Assembly: GCA_040182905.1 (NCBI GenBank)
Contig: JARQWU010000088.1
Span: 1-35,783 of the forward strand
Length of the DNA: 35,783 nt
Source of the DNA: Barthelona sp. PAP020
Taxonomy: Eukaryota
Direction of reading: 5' to 3'
Position numbers and translations under genes: made by a program. The notes beneath the pieces are model-generated. The model did not search any database and was not told the origin of the DNA. It was given only the letters and a program-made list of their open reading frames with translations. Shown here piece by piece: positions 1 to 10,048 of this stretch (positions are counted from its first letter, which is position 1; the number at the start of each line of letters is the position of its first letter).

Positions 1-173
1 GTATCAATGTGGCTAATAATCAGTTGAGCTTCTATCCTATCGAGATCAAGTTTGTTTCAAGTGAAATATCAACAAATTTGAATGTTTTGAAAGTTTTAAT
101 GGAAGATGAAACTGAATTTGTTCATTCAATTGTCAAACAAACAGTTGTTGAGTCTTTTGAATTTGAAGAGTAG
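1..173 (+). CDS. 3' end (partial) of probable coatomer delta subunit, mu-homology domain C-terminus
   Basis: Frame starting at nt 3 is open to TAG at 171-173: INVANNQLSFYPIEIKFVSSEISTNLNVLKVLMEDETEFVHSIVKQTVVESFEFEE. The pattern F[FY]P-x-x-x-x-F-V-S...V..V...F/Y-E resembles the delta-COP C-terminus as I recall it. Not in the ORF track. Confidence 0.55.
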   Translation, partial: INVANNQLSFYPIEIKFVSSEISTNLNVLKVLMEDETEFVHSIVKQTVVESFEFEE

Positions 174-755
174 GTCTTCAGCTTTGATTGAGTTACATGA
201 TTGTGTTCACTCTTATTTTTGATATAAATAGGCAATTTGTTTTATTTTTGAAAAAAAAATTTTTGTTCCTTGTTCTTCATGTTGTGTTTATTTCTTCAAA
301 GCAATATTATGGATTTGACTTCACAATTTCAGCGTTTAAGATACACTGCAAGAACATGTTCAATATATACCCAAATTTTACCGGCCCGAAGTTTCAGTTT
401 TCGTCTATTGATAGAGTTGACAAAAAAATCAATCTCCCTTGCAACATACTTTTGATCATGTTTAACGTAACAAAAAAAAAGAGACCCAATTTTATTGTTG
501 ATTAAATAAGACAGAGTGCAGATAGTACTCAAAAACAAGACAAACAAACCCATCAAAAGTTCAACAATGTAATGAATGACAAAGAAGGAAACTCTAAAAA
601 TTTGTTAAAAAAGTTTGAGAAATCAAAATGACTCCCCAGATTGTCTTACGATAACAGTACAATGAATATAAATTGAGTATTTGAAAATGCTGATCAATCA
701 ATCAAACATTAAGCATAAACAATCTTCTATCATCAAAAAGAACTTGCGATATTTA

Positions 756-782
756 ATCCAAACCATTAAGTAAGGTTTGGAT
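756..782. other. Perfect 9-bp inverted repeat (hairpin)
   Basis: ATCCAAACC-attaagtaa-GGTTTGGAT, 36 nt past the stop of the 819..2015 minus-strand gene. Confidence 0.6.
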
Positions 783-818
783 ACAATTCCCCATGAATAA
801 CTGAATAATTCAATTTTC

Positions 819-2015
819 TTATTCATAATCAACATTTTCATTGTTTTGACTATTATTAAACATGCACATGTTACCACCATTAGCTTCATTTATATCAACT
901 AAATCCCAACATGAATCCACAATCATTTTATTCTCCTCTTCATTTATGCATATACCTGCTGCTACCAATTCTCTGATAATTTGAGTGTCTATATTCATAG
1001 AAATAAAATTTGACAACACACAACCACCGGTTTTTGACATTTCTACAAGTGCTGTTTTATGTGAGGGGTCATAATCAAATATGATTGAATAAGTCTTAAT
1101 GGTATCACAAATGCTTTTTCCACATGCTAGCTGGCTTTTGTTAGGTGAAATAGCAAACGAAAAAAATTCATCATCAGAATTGCAACGAAATTTTTGAATC
1201 ACCTGAAAATTATTCAGATCAAATGAAGTTAAATAGCGATTACCAGACATGACAAGAACTAAGTTGGAATTCAAGAAATGAAGAGAGTATATTTGACTTC
1301 CAACATTAAAGGTATGAAGAAGTACCCCATCTTCCATATCCCAAAGTTTGACTTTGCCCGATTCACAACCAACAGCAATAATTTTTTTCCAAGGATGGAA
1401 ATCGACAACCCTAACAAATCCACCTTGGTCGAATGTACAAACGACAGAGAAATTGTTACAGTCAACAAGTTTGGCAGTTCTATCACCACTGCCAGTTAAA
1501 AGGTGTTCACTATGAGGCGAAAGTTTCACTCTCCAAATCCAACTTGAATGAACTCTTTCTTCTAAGACAATATCACCACTATTTATATCCCACTTCTTAA
1601 GAACTCCATTATTATCCCCACTGTAGATATAATTTGAACAACAGGAAAAACAAATACCAAGAACCAGAGTATCATTGGTCAATTTGCCTAAAATAGAGAA
1701 ATCGTCAGAGTTGTAAATGATGATAGACTTATCACGGGAACATGTCACCATTTTTTGACCATTTGGTGAAAAAGCAATTCCATAAACACATCGATCTTTC
1801 AAAGTTCGATGAAGTTTTTTTGTTTCCACATCAATAATATGTGTTCCATCATCACTAGCAATCACTAAATATTTGCCGTTTGTTGAATATTCACAATCAT
1901 ACATGTAACCAAAAAGAACACCTTCAATTTCCTTCATTGAGCTTTCATCAATTTTTGAAGGAAGCATTGCACACATAAGGTTCTTCACCAAATTATCATT
2001 CGGCTCAAAAGACAT
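819..2015 (-). CDS. WD40-repeat beta-propeller protein (398 aa) with non-WD helical C-terminal tail
   Basis: About 7 WD blades (e.g. IAFSPNGQKMVTCSRDKSIIIYN, YSGDNNGVLKKWD, VGCESGKVKLWD). ATG at 2015 preferred over the track's TTG at 2018. Confidence 0.9.
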   Translation of the reverse strand: MSFEPNDNLVKNLMCAMLPSKIDESSMKEIEGVLFGYMYDCEYSTNGKYLVIASDDGTHIIDVETKKLHRTLKDRCVYGIAFSPNGQKMVTCSRDKSIIIYNSDDFSILGKLTNDTLVLGICFSCCSNYIYSGDNNGVLKKWDINSGDIVLEERVHSSWIWRVKLSPHSEHLLTGSGDRTAKLVDCNNFSVVCTFDQGGFVRVVDFHPWKKIIAVGCESGKVKLWDMEDGVLLHTFNVGSQIYSLHFLNSNLVLVMSGNRYLTSFDLNNFQVIQKFRCNSDDEFFSFAISPNKSQLACGKSICDTIKTYSIIFDYDPSHKTALVEMSKTGGCVLSNFISMNIDTQIIRELVAAGICINEEENKMIVDSCWDLVDINEANGGNMCMFNNSQNNENVDYE

Positions 2016-2261
2016 CAATCACTTTCAATAAAAGAAATAGACAAATATTGATTCCATTTTTTAACACTTTAAAATTGGAAATTTTTGTTCATATATTCAA
2101 TCTTTTGTACCTATTTATGTCATACATGAGGTTAAACATAAAAAAAAATATATTTTTGATTTTCGCTTGAAGATGGTATGAATAAGACAATGTTTTTCAA
2201 ATAAAAAAATTGGGAATTTTATAAATATTTCAACTACAACAAATTAAAGAGGAATGAATGT

Positions 2262-4369
2262 TCAGTAATTGTCATCAAAACTAAAATTTCGATGTTTTTG
2301 AGCAATATTCACTTTATCTTTGAACATATCAGCCATTAAATATTCAAATCTGTCATCAGAATTGTAAGTTTGACAATTATTGATCAGTAATGTCAAGTCA
2401 TCAATAAATTCATTCCAATCTTTGTAATCACCCAAATTAACCTTTTGTTCAATATCATTCAAGCCAATTGGTCTTTTTATCTTTTTTGAATAATCAGGTG
2501 CAATCTTATCTGATGGTGCTACATACAAACATTTGCTACCTTCCATCTTCTTCAAACATTGAATCAAAACAATTTGTCTATCACTATCATCTATTGGTGA
2601 TTCATCTAAAGATTTCACGGGATAAGGTCTTTTATCAGGCTTACCAAATTCTGCTGATGGATTTGCCCTCAATTCCCATGGACTCAAATATTGATCTCCT
2701 TGACTAATGCTAATAAACATTTTACCATCTTTTCTTTCTGAATACCAAATAGGTCTAATTTTACGGAAACAACTGAAAGGATAAGGTGAATGTTCATCAT
2801 CATGAAATCCCCAAATTCTAGCTTCATGAAATTCAACAATATCAGGATCAACACTTGCGAAACCCATTTTAAAAATGGAATCAATTTTCCATCCTCTATT
2901 TAAACAAAATCTAACTCTTTGCAATCTAACAAAGGGTAAACTTACTTCACAATCTGTTAAAGTCATGTGAAATAAGGTAATTTTAGTGTTGGTTGGTTCA
3001 TAATCTAATAATTCGTCAAAAAAATCCAAATTTTCTTTGCAACCTGGAATTTCTTTATCAAGAAGATGTTTATTGTCATTTACTGGTCTCTTTAAATGTT
3101 TAAAACGTTCAGGAATAGGGTATAAATTGATTTCAATTTCATAACATCCAGTGTATATATCATTTCTTTGTTTCACAGTCGAAATTTTACCAACAACACA
3201 ACCTAAAGGGGATTCAAACTCATCTGGTAATGAAGGTATTGGTCCCAATAAATCTTCACCATAGGCATTCCAAAAACTTTCAGTACCTTCATAAAACCAA
3301 ACAATGTCTTCACCAATACTGATCGCTCGTCTTTTAATTGCAATTTTTTCTTTTGGTGCAGTTTGATCTTCAATACGATTCCAAACACCCTTAAGTGTTT
3401 GACTAGGTATATTTGGATCACCCAAATAAGAAGAAATTGGTTGTGATAAAAATTCTTGGGAATCTAACTCCTCTTCAATAGCTCGTGCTTTAATGAAAGT
3501 TTTTTTTTTCTTTTTTTTCTTTAGATTACTGTCAAGTGTATCATTTTGAATATTTGTAAATTTTGATTTCTTTTTTTGAGAAAAAAGTCCATCTTTTGCT
3601 ACCTTTTTCGCATGTTTTAAAACTTCAGATAAAGCAGCTTGCATATCAATTTGGAGGGATGGAATTGGTTTCTTTTTATTATTTTCCATGATGGCTTCTT
3701 TGACACAATCCATTTTTGAGTCTTTTGAATCTTTTAATGGTTCGCTGGAAATAATTTCAGGAATAATAGATTCTTCAGTCATTTGTTCAACAATCTCTTC
3801 ATCTATACTCATTTCTTTCAATTCTTCAGTTTTTTTAGTTGCTTCAATATCTTCAATTTCTTGGGTAGCTTCAATTGTTTCCTCTTCAATTGTTTCTTCC
3901 ATTCTTTCATTTTCGTCATTCTCACCATTGTCTTCTTCATCTTCATCTTCAAGTGGTATGGTTTCAATTTCATCATTGGAATTATATTCAATTGTTTCTG
4001 CTTTGTCATTGTCTTCATTTGTTTTGGTTTCAGTTTCAGTTTCAGTTTCAGTTTCGACAATATTCCCATCCAAATCAAGAGCACGTTTGGTTGATTGTTG
4101 AATGGGTAAAACGGTTGAAGTTCTTAAAACTGAAAGGCTTCTCAAGCCAACAGAATTGCTTTCTTCTGAATCAAAAGTCTTGGATTGAGTCATATCAAAT
4201 ATATTTTTTGATGGATCGCTATCTGTTTCTTTCACGACTGGAACTTTGGAGGGACCACTTTTGAAAGGTGACTTGAAATTGGAAGATTTTGTAGGAGTTA
4301 CAAAAGTTCGTTTCTTTCCTAAAAGTCAGATAAGGAAATAGTTAAATAAATACCAGAAATTTTTTGCAT
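2262..4369 (-). CDS. BRWD/PHIP-like chromatin reader: acidic low-complexity N-terminus, BRWD/PHIP Tudor-like domain, single C-terminal bromodomain; join(4354..4369, 2262..4318), 690 aa
   Basis: Bromodomain motifs APDYSKKIKRPIGL, EFIDDLTLLINNCQTYN. Upstream motifs IGEDIVWFYEG, RGWKIDSIF, YPFSCFRKIRPIW and YLSPWEL resemble the PHIP/BRWD pre-bromodomain region. The track's GTG start extends in frame through a 35-nt GT-AG intron to ATG at 4369 (MQKISG-KKRTFVTPTK...). Confidence 0.8.
4027..4056 (-). repeat. Coding hexanucleotide microsatellite encoding ETETETETET
   Basis: (GTTTCA)x4 + GTTTCG on the + strand. Confidence 0.9.
4319..4353 (-). other. 35-nt spliceosomal intron, phase 1
   Basis: GTATTTATTTAACTATTTCCTTATCTGACTTTTAG. 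GT...AG ends, CTGAC branch-like motif next to the acceptor, and removal joins ATG(4369) in frame to the long ORF. Confidence 0.85.
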
Positions 4370-4701
4370 AAAAATAATTATAATTGGAGAAATCAAATCG
4401 TGCCGGCAAATCTGACAGAATAAGTTTTAACATTTAAAACAACATATATTGGCAAATCTTTAAATATTAACATAAATATAGTATTCAACAGCAATTAGAA
4501 CATTAAATTAAAAAACATAAAAAAAAAAGAAAAATTTCATGAACTTTTTTTCTGTTTTTTTGAAAAGATGATGTAAGTATGTGGGTAATATGAACTGTAT
4601 AGTGACAAATTTTTCAAATTAAAAAATTTGCAGTTTACTGTTTTGATAATGTTGTTACTGTAAAAAATCAAATAGAATGTTAGTTTATTTCAATATTCGT
4701 C

Positions 4702-7700
4702 ATGAAAATTAATGTAATATTAGCTTTATTCATTTTAATAACTGTTAATTGTGGCCAAATATTTTTACGAAATGGTATTTTTAAGTTAAGTCCATATGAA
4801 CCAACAAATCAGTCAAGTTTTGAATTTTTAGGACTTACTGAAAAAAGTAAGGATGTATTGCAATCACTAGTAATTACTTTTCAAAATTCTGAAGAAATTC
4901 ATATTATTGAAAATGCTTCAGCTTCTACCGTATATCTAGGACCTAATATGTTATTGATTTTTGTAACAGGAGACAAAATTAATTCACTCTGTTCATATGA
5001 GACAATCACTTGTTCAAATTGGAAAACTGAAATGAAATATGATTTAAAGTTGTTAGAAACGCTTGATTATTTTAAAAATGAAATAATCAATGTAAATTCG
5101 TTGTCGTGGACTGATTTGACTGATAATAGTAAGAGTCAAGTTAAAATTCCAATTTTAACTCAATTACGTGTTGTTTTTGCCCCTCATTTATCATATCAAG
5201 ATATTTCAAATATTGTAGATGATATGCAATCCCATTTAAACAACACTACTGTTAAAATTTTTCAAAATTCATTGATTGTGCATGTCGAAACTCCTTCTTT
5301 ATTCATAAAGATAATTGAATATTTAGAAAATGTTAAAGAAGCTGTTTTTATTGAACCAACAGTTAATTTACAATTGTTGAATGAGTATTCATCCAAATTG
5401 ATCCAGAATGCAGAAAAAAAAGAGAGAACCATTCATGAAAACAATATTTTTGGAAGAAATCAAATTATTGGTATTGCAGATAGTGGACTAGATGAAGACA
5501 ATTGTTTTTTTAATGATGATCAAATTCCATTCCCCATTAATTCGGTCAATTTTAATCATCGAAAGGTTGTTCTTTATCAAAGTTTAGCAGATTCAAGTGA
5601 TATTATAAATGGTCATGGAACTCATGTTTGTGGTACAATTGGTGGTGCACCTAGTGGTTATGAGACACAAATTCATGACGATTCTTTTCAAGATCTAGTT
5701 GGAGTTGCACCAGCCGCAAAATTGTGTTTTCAAGATATTGGTCAAGGTTCTTCTATTGTACATCCAGGTTCTTTGTATAACCTTTTAAATGATGCATATA
5801 TTACTTGTGGGAGTCGAATTCACAGCAATTCATGGGGTTCTACCAGTATCGAATACAATTTTGATTCTTATGATGTTGATAAATTTATTTATGATCATCC
5901 AGATATGTTGGTTATATTTGCCGCTGGTAATTCTGGTAGATATGGTTATTCTACTGTGTTATCACCGGCTAATGCTAAAAATGCATTGGCTGTTGGGGCT
6001 ACTTTAACTACAAATCAAGGTCATATCGAAGCATGTTGTCCTTATGGTGAAGACAATGTTTGTTGTTCTGACTATTTGGATTTCGTTAATGAGCCAGAAT
6101 TGTATAGTGAAAATGTGGTTGCTGAATACTCTTCAAGAGGACCAACTGTTGATTTAAGATTTAAACCAGATGTTGTTGCCGCAGGTGGGCCGATTAGATC
6201 TACAAAAAGTACAAATCCAAAAACTGTTGATTATGTTTGTGCATATGACCCTTTAATTTTGTCAGGAACCTCAATGGCAACTCCTTCTGTTGCTGGAAGT
6301 GCAGCATTAATTAGAGAATATTTTGAAAAAGGTTATTATCCGACAGGCAAAGAAAACTCAAGCAATTCAATGAATCTTTCTGCAGATATCCTGAAATCGA
6401 TTTTGGTTGCGTCTTGTGAGCATGTAAATTTCAGGGAAAATGACCAAGTTAAACTCAGAATTCCTGATTACAACCAAGGTTTTGGTAGAATCAATTTGGA
6501 TAATGTTCTTGGCTTTGATGAACAGAAAATTGTGATTTTTTCAAATTCTATTACTGGATCACAAGGATACACTGTTGAATTGGAACCTATTTCATCAGAA
6601 ACTGAAGTAATTGTTGTTTTAACGTGGTTTGATCCAAGTGGTTTTTCAGGGTCTATTTTAGCCATTGTTAATACTATAGACTTCATTGCTACAGACAAAA
6701 ACGGTGAAATATATTATCCAAACCTCTTTAATGTCACTGATCCCATCAATAACGTGCAAAGGATTTCTTTTAAGACTGATTCTAAGTTTAAAATATCGGT
6801 AACCAGCCGCAATATGATCACTTCAAATCAGAAAATAGCACTTACAGTTAGAAATGCTGTTGAAACACAAAACAACCAGACAAATGACAATATGTGCCCA
6901 GGTACTCCCATTTGTTCAAACCATGGAACTTGTGTTAATAGTATGTGCGATTGTAATGAAGGATATCATGGTGCAAATTGTCAGTACAATGAATGTTTAA
7001 GCACAGATTTAGGAGTTTGTAACAATAACGGAGAGTGTTCAGATGATAAATGCAATTGTTTTGATGGTTATTTGGGAGATAATTGTGGTTTTGGATTTTG
7101 TGTGGGTGATGTTATTTTGAATAGCAAATCTGGTTATATTTCTGAGCACAGTGGTCCAGAAAATTCCAGATATAGTAACAATCAAATGTGTTCATGGACT
7201 ATTGTTGGAATTCCTGGTTCACAAATTATGATCAAGTTTGAAAAGATGCAAGTTGAAAATGGGTTTGATTTTGTGTCTGTTTTTGATGGTCATGTTCAAT
7301 CTACCAGTAGCATGTTGGGGAATTTCACTGGTTCAACAATACCTGATCCTATTTTTTCACAAGGAGAATCACTCACTGTTGTGTTTCAATCAGATTCTTC
7401 CATTGTTGAAGAAGGATTTTTATTACAATACTTTATCATTACAAATGATTGTACAGATCAATGCAACAGACATGGTGCTTGTAATTTTGGGAAATGTATT
7501 TGTCATGATGGTTGGGAAGGTGAATTTTGTGAGACCCCATCATGTCCTGCTGCATGCTTTGGTGTTGGTGATTGTGTTGATGGAAAATGTCAATGTTATA
7601 CAGGGTATAGTGGAATAGCATGTCAAAATATCGATTGTTCTCAAACATCAACGTTGAAACCTTTGAAAATTTTGTTCGATTATTATAGCAACACAGAAAA

Positions 7701-8346
7701 TAGTAAGCATAATGATTACATTTCTCCCAATCAATTTTCCTCTTCAATTTCAATGAAGGTCAGGACGATTAATTTTGGTGACTATTTGAATGCTTCATTG
7801 GGAATTATTGAAAATTCAAAAAGCTCATTATGTGTAAAAGAATTACCATCATCAGATATGTTATTGGCAACAGGTTCAACCAATACTAGCTCAAATGAAG
7901 TGATTCCATTAGGATTTGAAAGTCATGACGTTAATTTCAATTTTCATGATCCAATTTATAAATTTTCGATTGAAATAATTGTGGGAACAAATGAGACTGA
8001 TTTTCCCAATGTCAATGTTATTTTCTTTGACCAAAATTACATGAAAATAAATCAAATATCAACCACGCCATCAACTGTATTAGCTCAATGTAATGAAACT
8101 TTGAAATCTTATGATAAGATTGGATTTGTTCTGGTAAATTGGATTTCAGATAATGAAAAAGCCTCAAACGTCATGATAACCGTTGACCAAAATGGTGAAC
8201 ATGCTCTTGCTTTTAACAATCTAAATGTTGGTATATTCTGTCCAGCTTCAAGTGGCATCTTTGATTACGATCAAAATTTGTTTTTCAAACTTCCTTCACT
8301 TGTCGTTTTTAGTTTGATGTTTATTCTTACTCTTCTATTGTTTTAA
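4702..8346 (+). CDS. Subtilisin-like (S8, Kp43/TagC-type) serine protease with signal peptide, EGF-like repeats, CUB domain and C-terminal hydrophobic anchor
   Basis: Catalytic motifs IADSG, GHGTHVCGT, FAAGNSG, SGTSMATP, plus HSNSWG, SSRGPT, RFKPDV and QGFGR. Tenascin-type EGF repeats (CSNHGTC..C.C..GY.G..C). CUB (YSNNQMCSWTI...FDFVSVFDG...FQSDSS..EEGF). Hydrophobic N- and C-termini. Confidence 0.95.
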   Translation: MKINVILALFILITVNCGQIFLRNGIFKLSPYEPTNQSSFEFLGLTEKSKDVLQSLVITFQNSEEIHIIENASASTVYLGPNMLLIFVTGDKINSLCSYETITCSNWKTEMKYDLKLLETLDYFKNEIINVNSLSWTDLTDNSKSQVKIPILTQLRVVFAPHLSYQDISNIVDDMQSHLNNTTVKIFQNSLIVHVETPSLFIKIIEYLENVKEAVFIEPTVNLQLLNEYSSKLIQNAEKKERTIHENNIFGRNQIIGIADSGLDEDNCFFNDDQIPFPINSVNFNHRKVVLYQSLADSSDIINGHGTHVCGTIGGAPSGYETQIHDDSFQDLVGVAPAAKLCFQDIGQGSSIVHPGSLYNLLNDAYITCGSRIHSNSWGSTSIEYNFDSYDVDKFIYDHPDMLVIFAAGNSGRYGYSTVLSPANAKNALAVGATLTTNQGHIEACCPYGEDNVCCSDYLDFVNEPELYSENVVAEYSSRGPTVDLRFKPDVVAAGGPIRSTKSTNPKTVDYVCAYDPLILSGTSMATPSVAGSAALIREYFEKGYYPTGKENSSNSMNLSADILKSILVASCEHVNFRENDQVKLRIPDYNQGFGRINLDNVLGFDEQKIVIFSNSITGSQGYTVELEPISSETEVIVVLTWFDPSGFSGSILAIVNTIDFIATDKNGEIYYPNLFNVTDPINNVQRISFKTDSKFKISVTSRNMITSNQKIALTVRNAVETQNNQTNDNMCPGTPICSNHGTCVNSMCDCNEGYHGANCQYNECLSTDLGVCNNNGECSDDKCNCFDGYLGDNCGFGFCVGDVILNSKSGYISEHSGPENSRYSNNQMCSWTIVGIPGSQIMIKFEKMQVENGFDFVSVFDGHVQSTSSMLGNFTGSTIPDPIFSQGESLTVVFQSDSSIVEEGFLLQYFIITNDCTDQCNRHGACNFGKCICHDGWEGEFCETPSCPAACFGVGDCVDGKCQCYTGYSGIACQNIDCSQTSTLKPLKILFDYYSNTENSKHNDYISPNQFSSSISMKVRTINFGDYLNASLGIIENSKSSLCVKELPSSDMLLATGSTNTSSNEVIPLGFESHDVNFNFHDPIYKFSIEIIVGTNETDFPNVNVIFFDQNYMKINQISTTPSTVLAQCNETLKSYDKIGFVLVNWISDNEKASNVMITVDQNGEHALAFNNLNVGIFCPASSGIFDYDQNLFFKLPSLVVFSLMFILTLLLF

Positions 8347-8543
8347 ACAGCAAATATCAATGTAAATGTTTGTTTTAGATTCTTTTTTATTTTAGTTTTT
8401 TAGTTTCTGTTATAATTGATAAAAACTCTTTATATAATAAACAAATGTGTAAAAACATGACAAAAATTAATCAATTAAACAGTAAGTAAGATAATTTGCC
8501 TTTTTTTTTTGGTTTCTCTTTCTTTTTTTATCAAACAATTAAT

Positions 8544-8930
8544 ATGATAATCGATAACACTTTAAGATTTGAAGCGGAATTAGAATTTGTCCAAAGTTTA
8601 AGCAATGTATCCTATTTATATTACCTAAATCAAAATAATTATTTTAAAGATCAAAGATTCATTAATTATTTATCATATTTACAATATCTATTAAAAGGTG
8701 ACTATGCTAAATATATAACATATCCTGCAACTTTTGGAATGTTAAAATTATTACAAAAATTAGAATTTCGTGAGAAACTGAATGATAATTTTTTCATGAT
8801 GAGATTACAAGAATTATTAGATAGATATTGGTTGATTTATGATAATATTCAAGCAGAAATTACTGAAATACAAAAAGAAACTTTTCAAAAAGATTTTATG
8901 AAAGAAGTTGAAACTTCAATGGTACAATAA
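8544..8930 (+). CDS. MED31: Mediator complex subunit 31 (Soh1), 128 aa
   Basis: RFEAELEFVQSLSN..YL..L....YF....FINYL.YLQY.....YAKYITYP is the Med31 signature. ATG at 8544 is in frame with the track ORF. Confidence 0.93.
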   Translation: MIIDNTLRFEAELEFVQSLSNVSYLYYLNQNNYFKDQRFINYLSYLQYLLKGDYAKYITYPATFGMLKLLQKLEFREKLNDNFFMMRLQELLDRYWLIYDNIQAEITEIQKETFQKDFMKEVETSMVQ

Positions 8931-8956
8931 ACAATATAATAATGTAATAAAATGTA

Positions 8957-10048
8957 TTATTCATATATGTCACATTTTTCCCCATTATTTTTTATAAAAC
9001 GCAGATTTTTTTCATCTATTCGATAATTTTTCAAGTCTATTTCAAGAAACGCCTTGTAGAAACGAATTTTCACTTTTTCAAAGCAATTATCTTGTCCAGC
9101 TATAAATTCAACTATTGTGATCAGGTCTTCTTCCTCCAAAGATAACAAATCCCATAACATTGTTTTTATTATATCATTATTAGTTTTTACAAATAAATGA
9201 AACACACAATATGGTATTTTTTGTTCTAACTCTAATCTCTCAGCAAGTGTGAAATCATTGGATTCAACATCAAAAATGTAATTGAGTATGGAATTTGCCA
9301 AGAATTTCAAATGTTCATTTTGAAAGTTTCCACAAAAATTTGACCTTTTTTGAATCAATTCTGAAATTTGTAGCATATCAAGATATTCTTGTCCAATTAA
9401 ATTGTGTAATGTCTTGGTAAATGAACAATTCAACCCATTAAGGGTTTCAGCAAAATGTTTTATCATCTCAAGCCGTTGTATCCAAATTTTATTTATAGGT
9501 CCAGCAGATAGACTTGAAGTTGTATCTTTCATTAACTTTCTAACTCGATTTGAAGTTAATACAGGAGTGTCAATTTGAAAAGCTATGGAAACTATGGAAA
9601 ATATCGTAATAAATGAAAAATCATATTCACTATTTTCATAATATATGTATAATCGATGAATTAATCTCAAATACCATTCAATTTTTGACAATTCATCATA
9701 ATTTAGAGATAGACATTTGATAGATTCCTTAAATAACGTTTCTTCCAATGACCTAATCAATAAAGATTCATCAATAGTTCCAAAAAGATGTTGATCAAAT
9801 GATACATCATCTAACAAATCACAAAATTCATCAACATAAACAATTTTATCATTATTTTTCAAATCTAAATCATTAATCAAATATAAATAATACACACAAA
9901 TAATTGATGCAGGTTGAGAGAAATCTTCAATCAAAAAGGACTGATCCAAAAAACTAACAAGCTTCTCTTTTTCAATATTGGATGGATATTCATAATTGTC
10001 ATATGTATATTCAAATATTCCTTGAATATAATCGTTTAAAGAACTCAT
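8957..10048 (-). CDS. Hypothetical protein (363 aa), probably alpha-helical
   Basis: Long ATG-initiated ORF with T-rich 5' flank. No motif recognised. Its stop is only 26 nt from the convergent Med31 stop. Confidence 0.75.
   Translation of the reverse strand: MSSLNDYIQGIFEYTYDNYEYPSNIEKEKLVSFLDQSFLIEDFSQPASIICVYYLYLINDLDLKNNDKIVYVDEFCDLLDDVSFDQHLFGTIDESLLIRSLEETLFKESIKCLSLNYDELSKIEWYLRLIHRLYIYYENSEYDFSFITIFSIVSIAFQIDTPVLTSNRVRKLMKDTTSSLSAGPINKIWIQRLEMIKHFAETLNGLNCSFTKTLHNLIGQEYLDMLQISELIQKRSNFCGNFQNEHLKFLANSILNYIFDVESNDFTLAERLELEQKIPYCVFHLFVKTNNDIIKTMLWDLLSLEEEDLITIVEFIAGQDNCFEKVKIRFYKAFLEIDLKNYRIDEKNLRFIKNNGEKCDIYE

Noticed and set aside
188..556. Three short overlapping ORFs (188..505, 270..455, 329..556)
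   Set aside because: Non-ATG starts in the track, homopolymer runs and no recognisable motif. Treated as intergenic, though a decayed gene cannot be excluded.
3688..4264. Ser-rich and Phe-rich plus-strand ORFs
   Set aside because: Antisense shadows of the Glu-rich low-complexity region of the bromodomain gene.
8457..8566. Upstream ATG and GTAAGT donor suggesting an extra Med31 exon
   Set aside because: The only in-frame splice replaces the conserved Arg of RFExELEF, and ATG 8544 already gives a complete protein.
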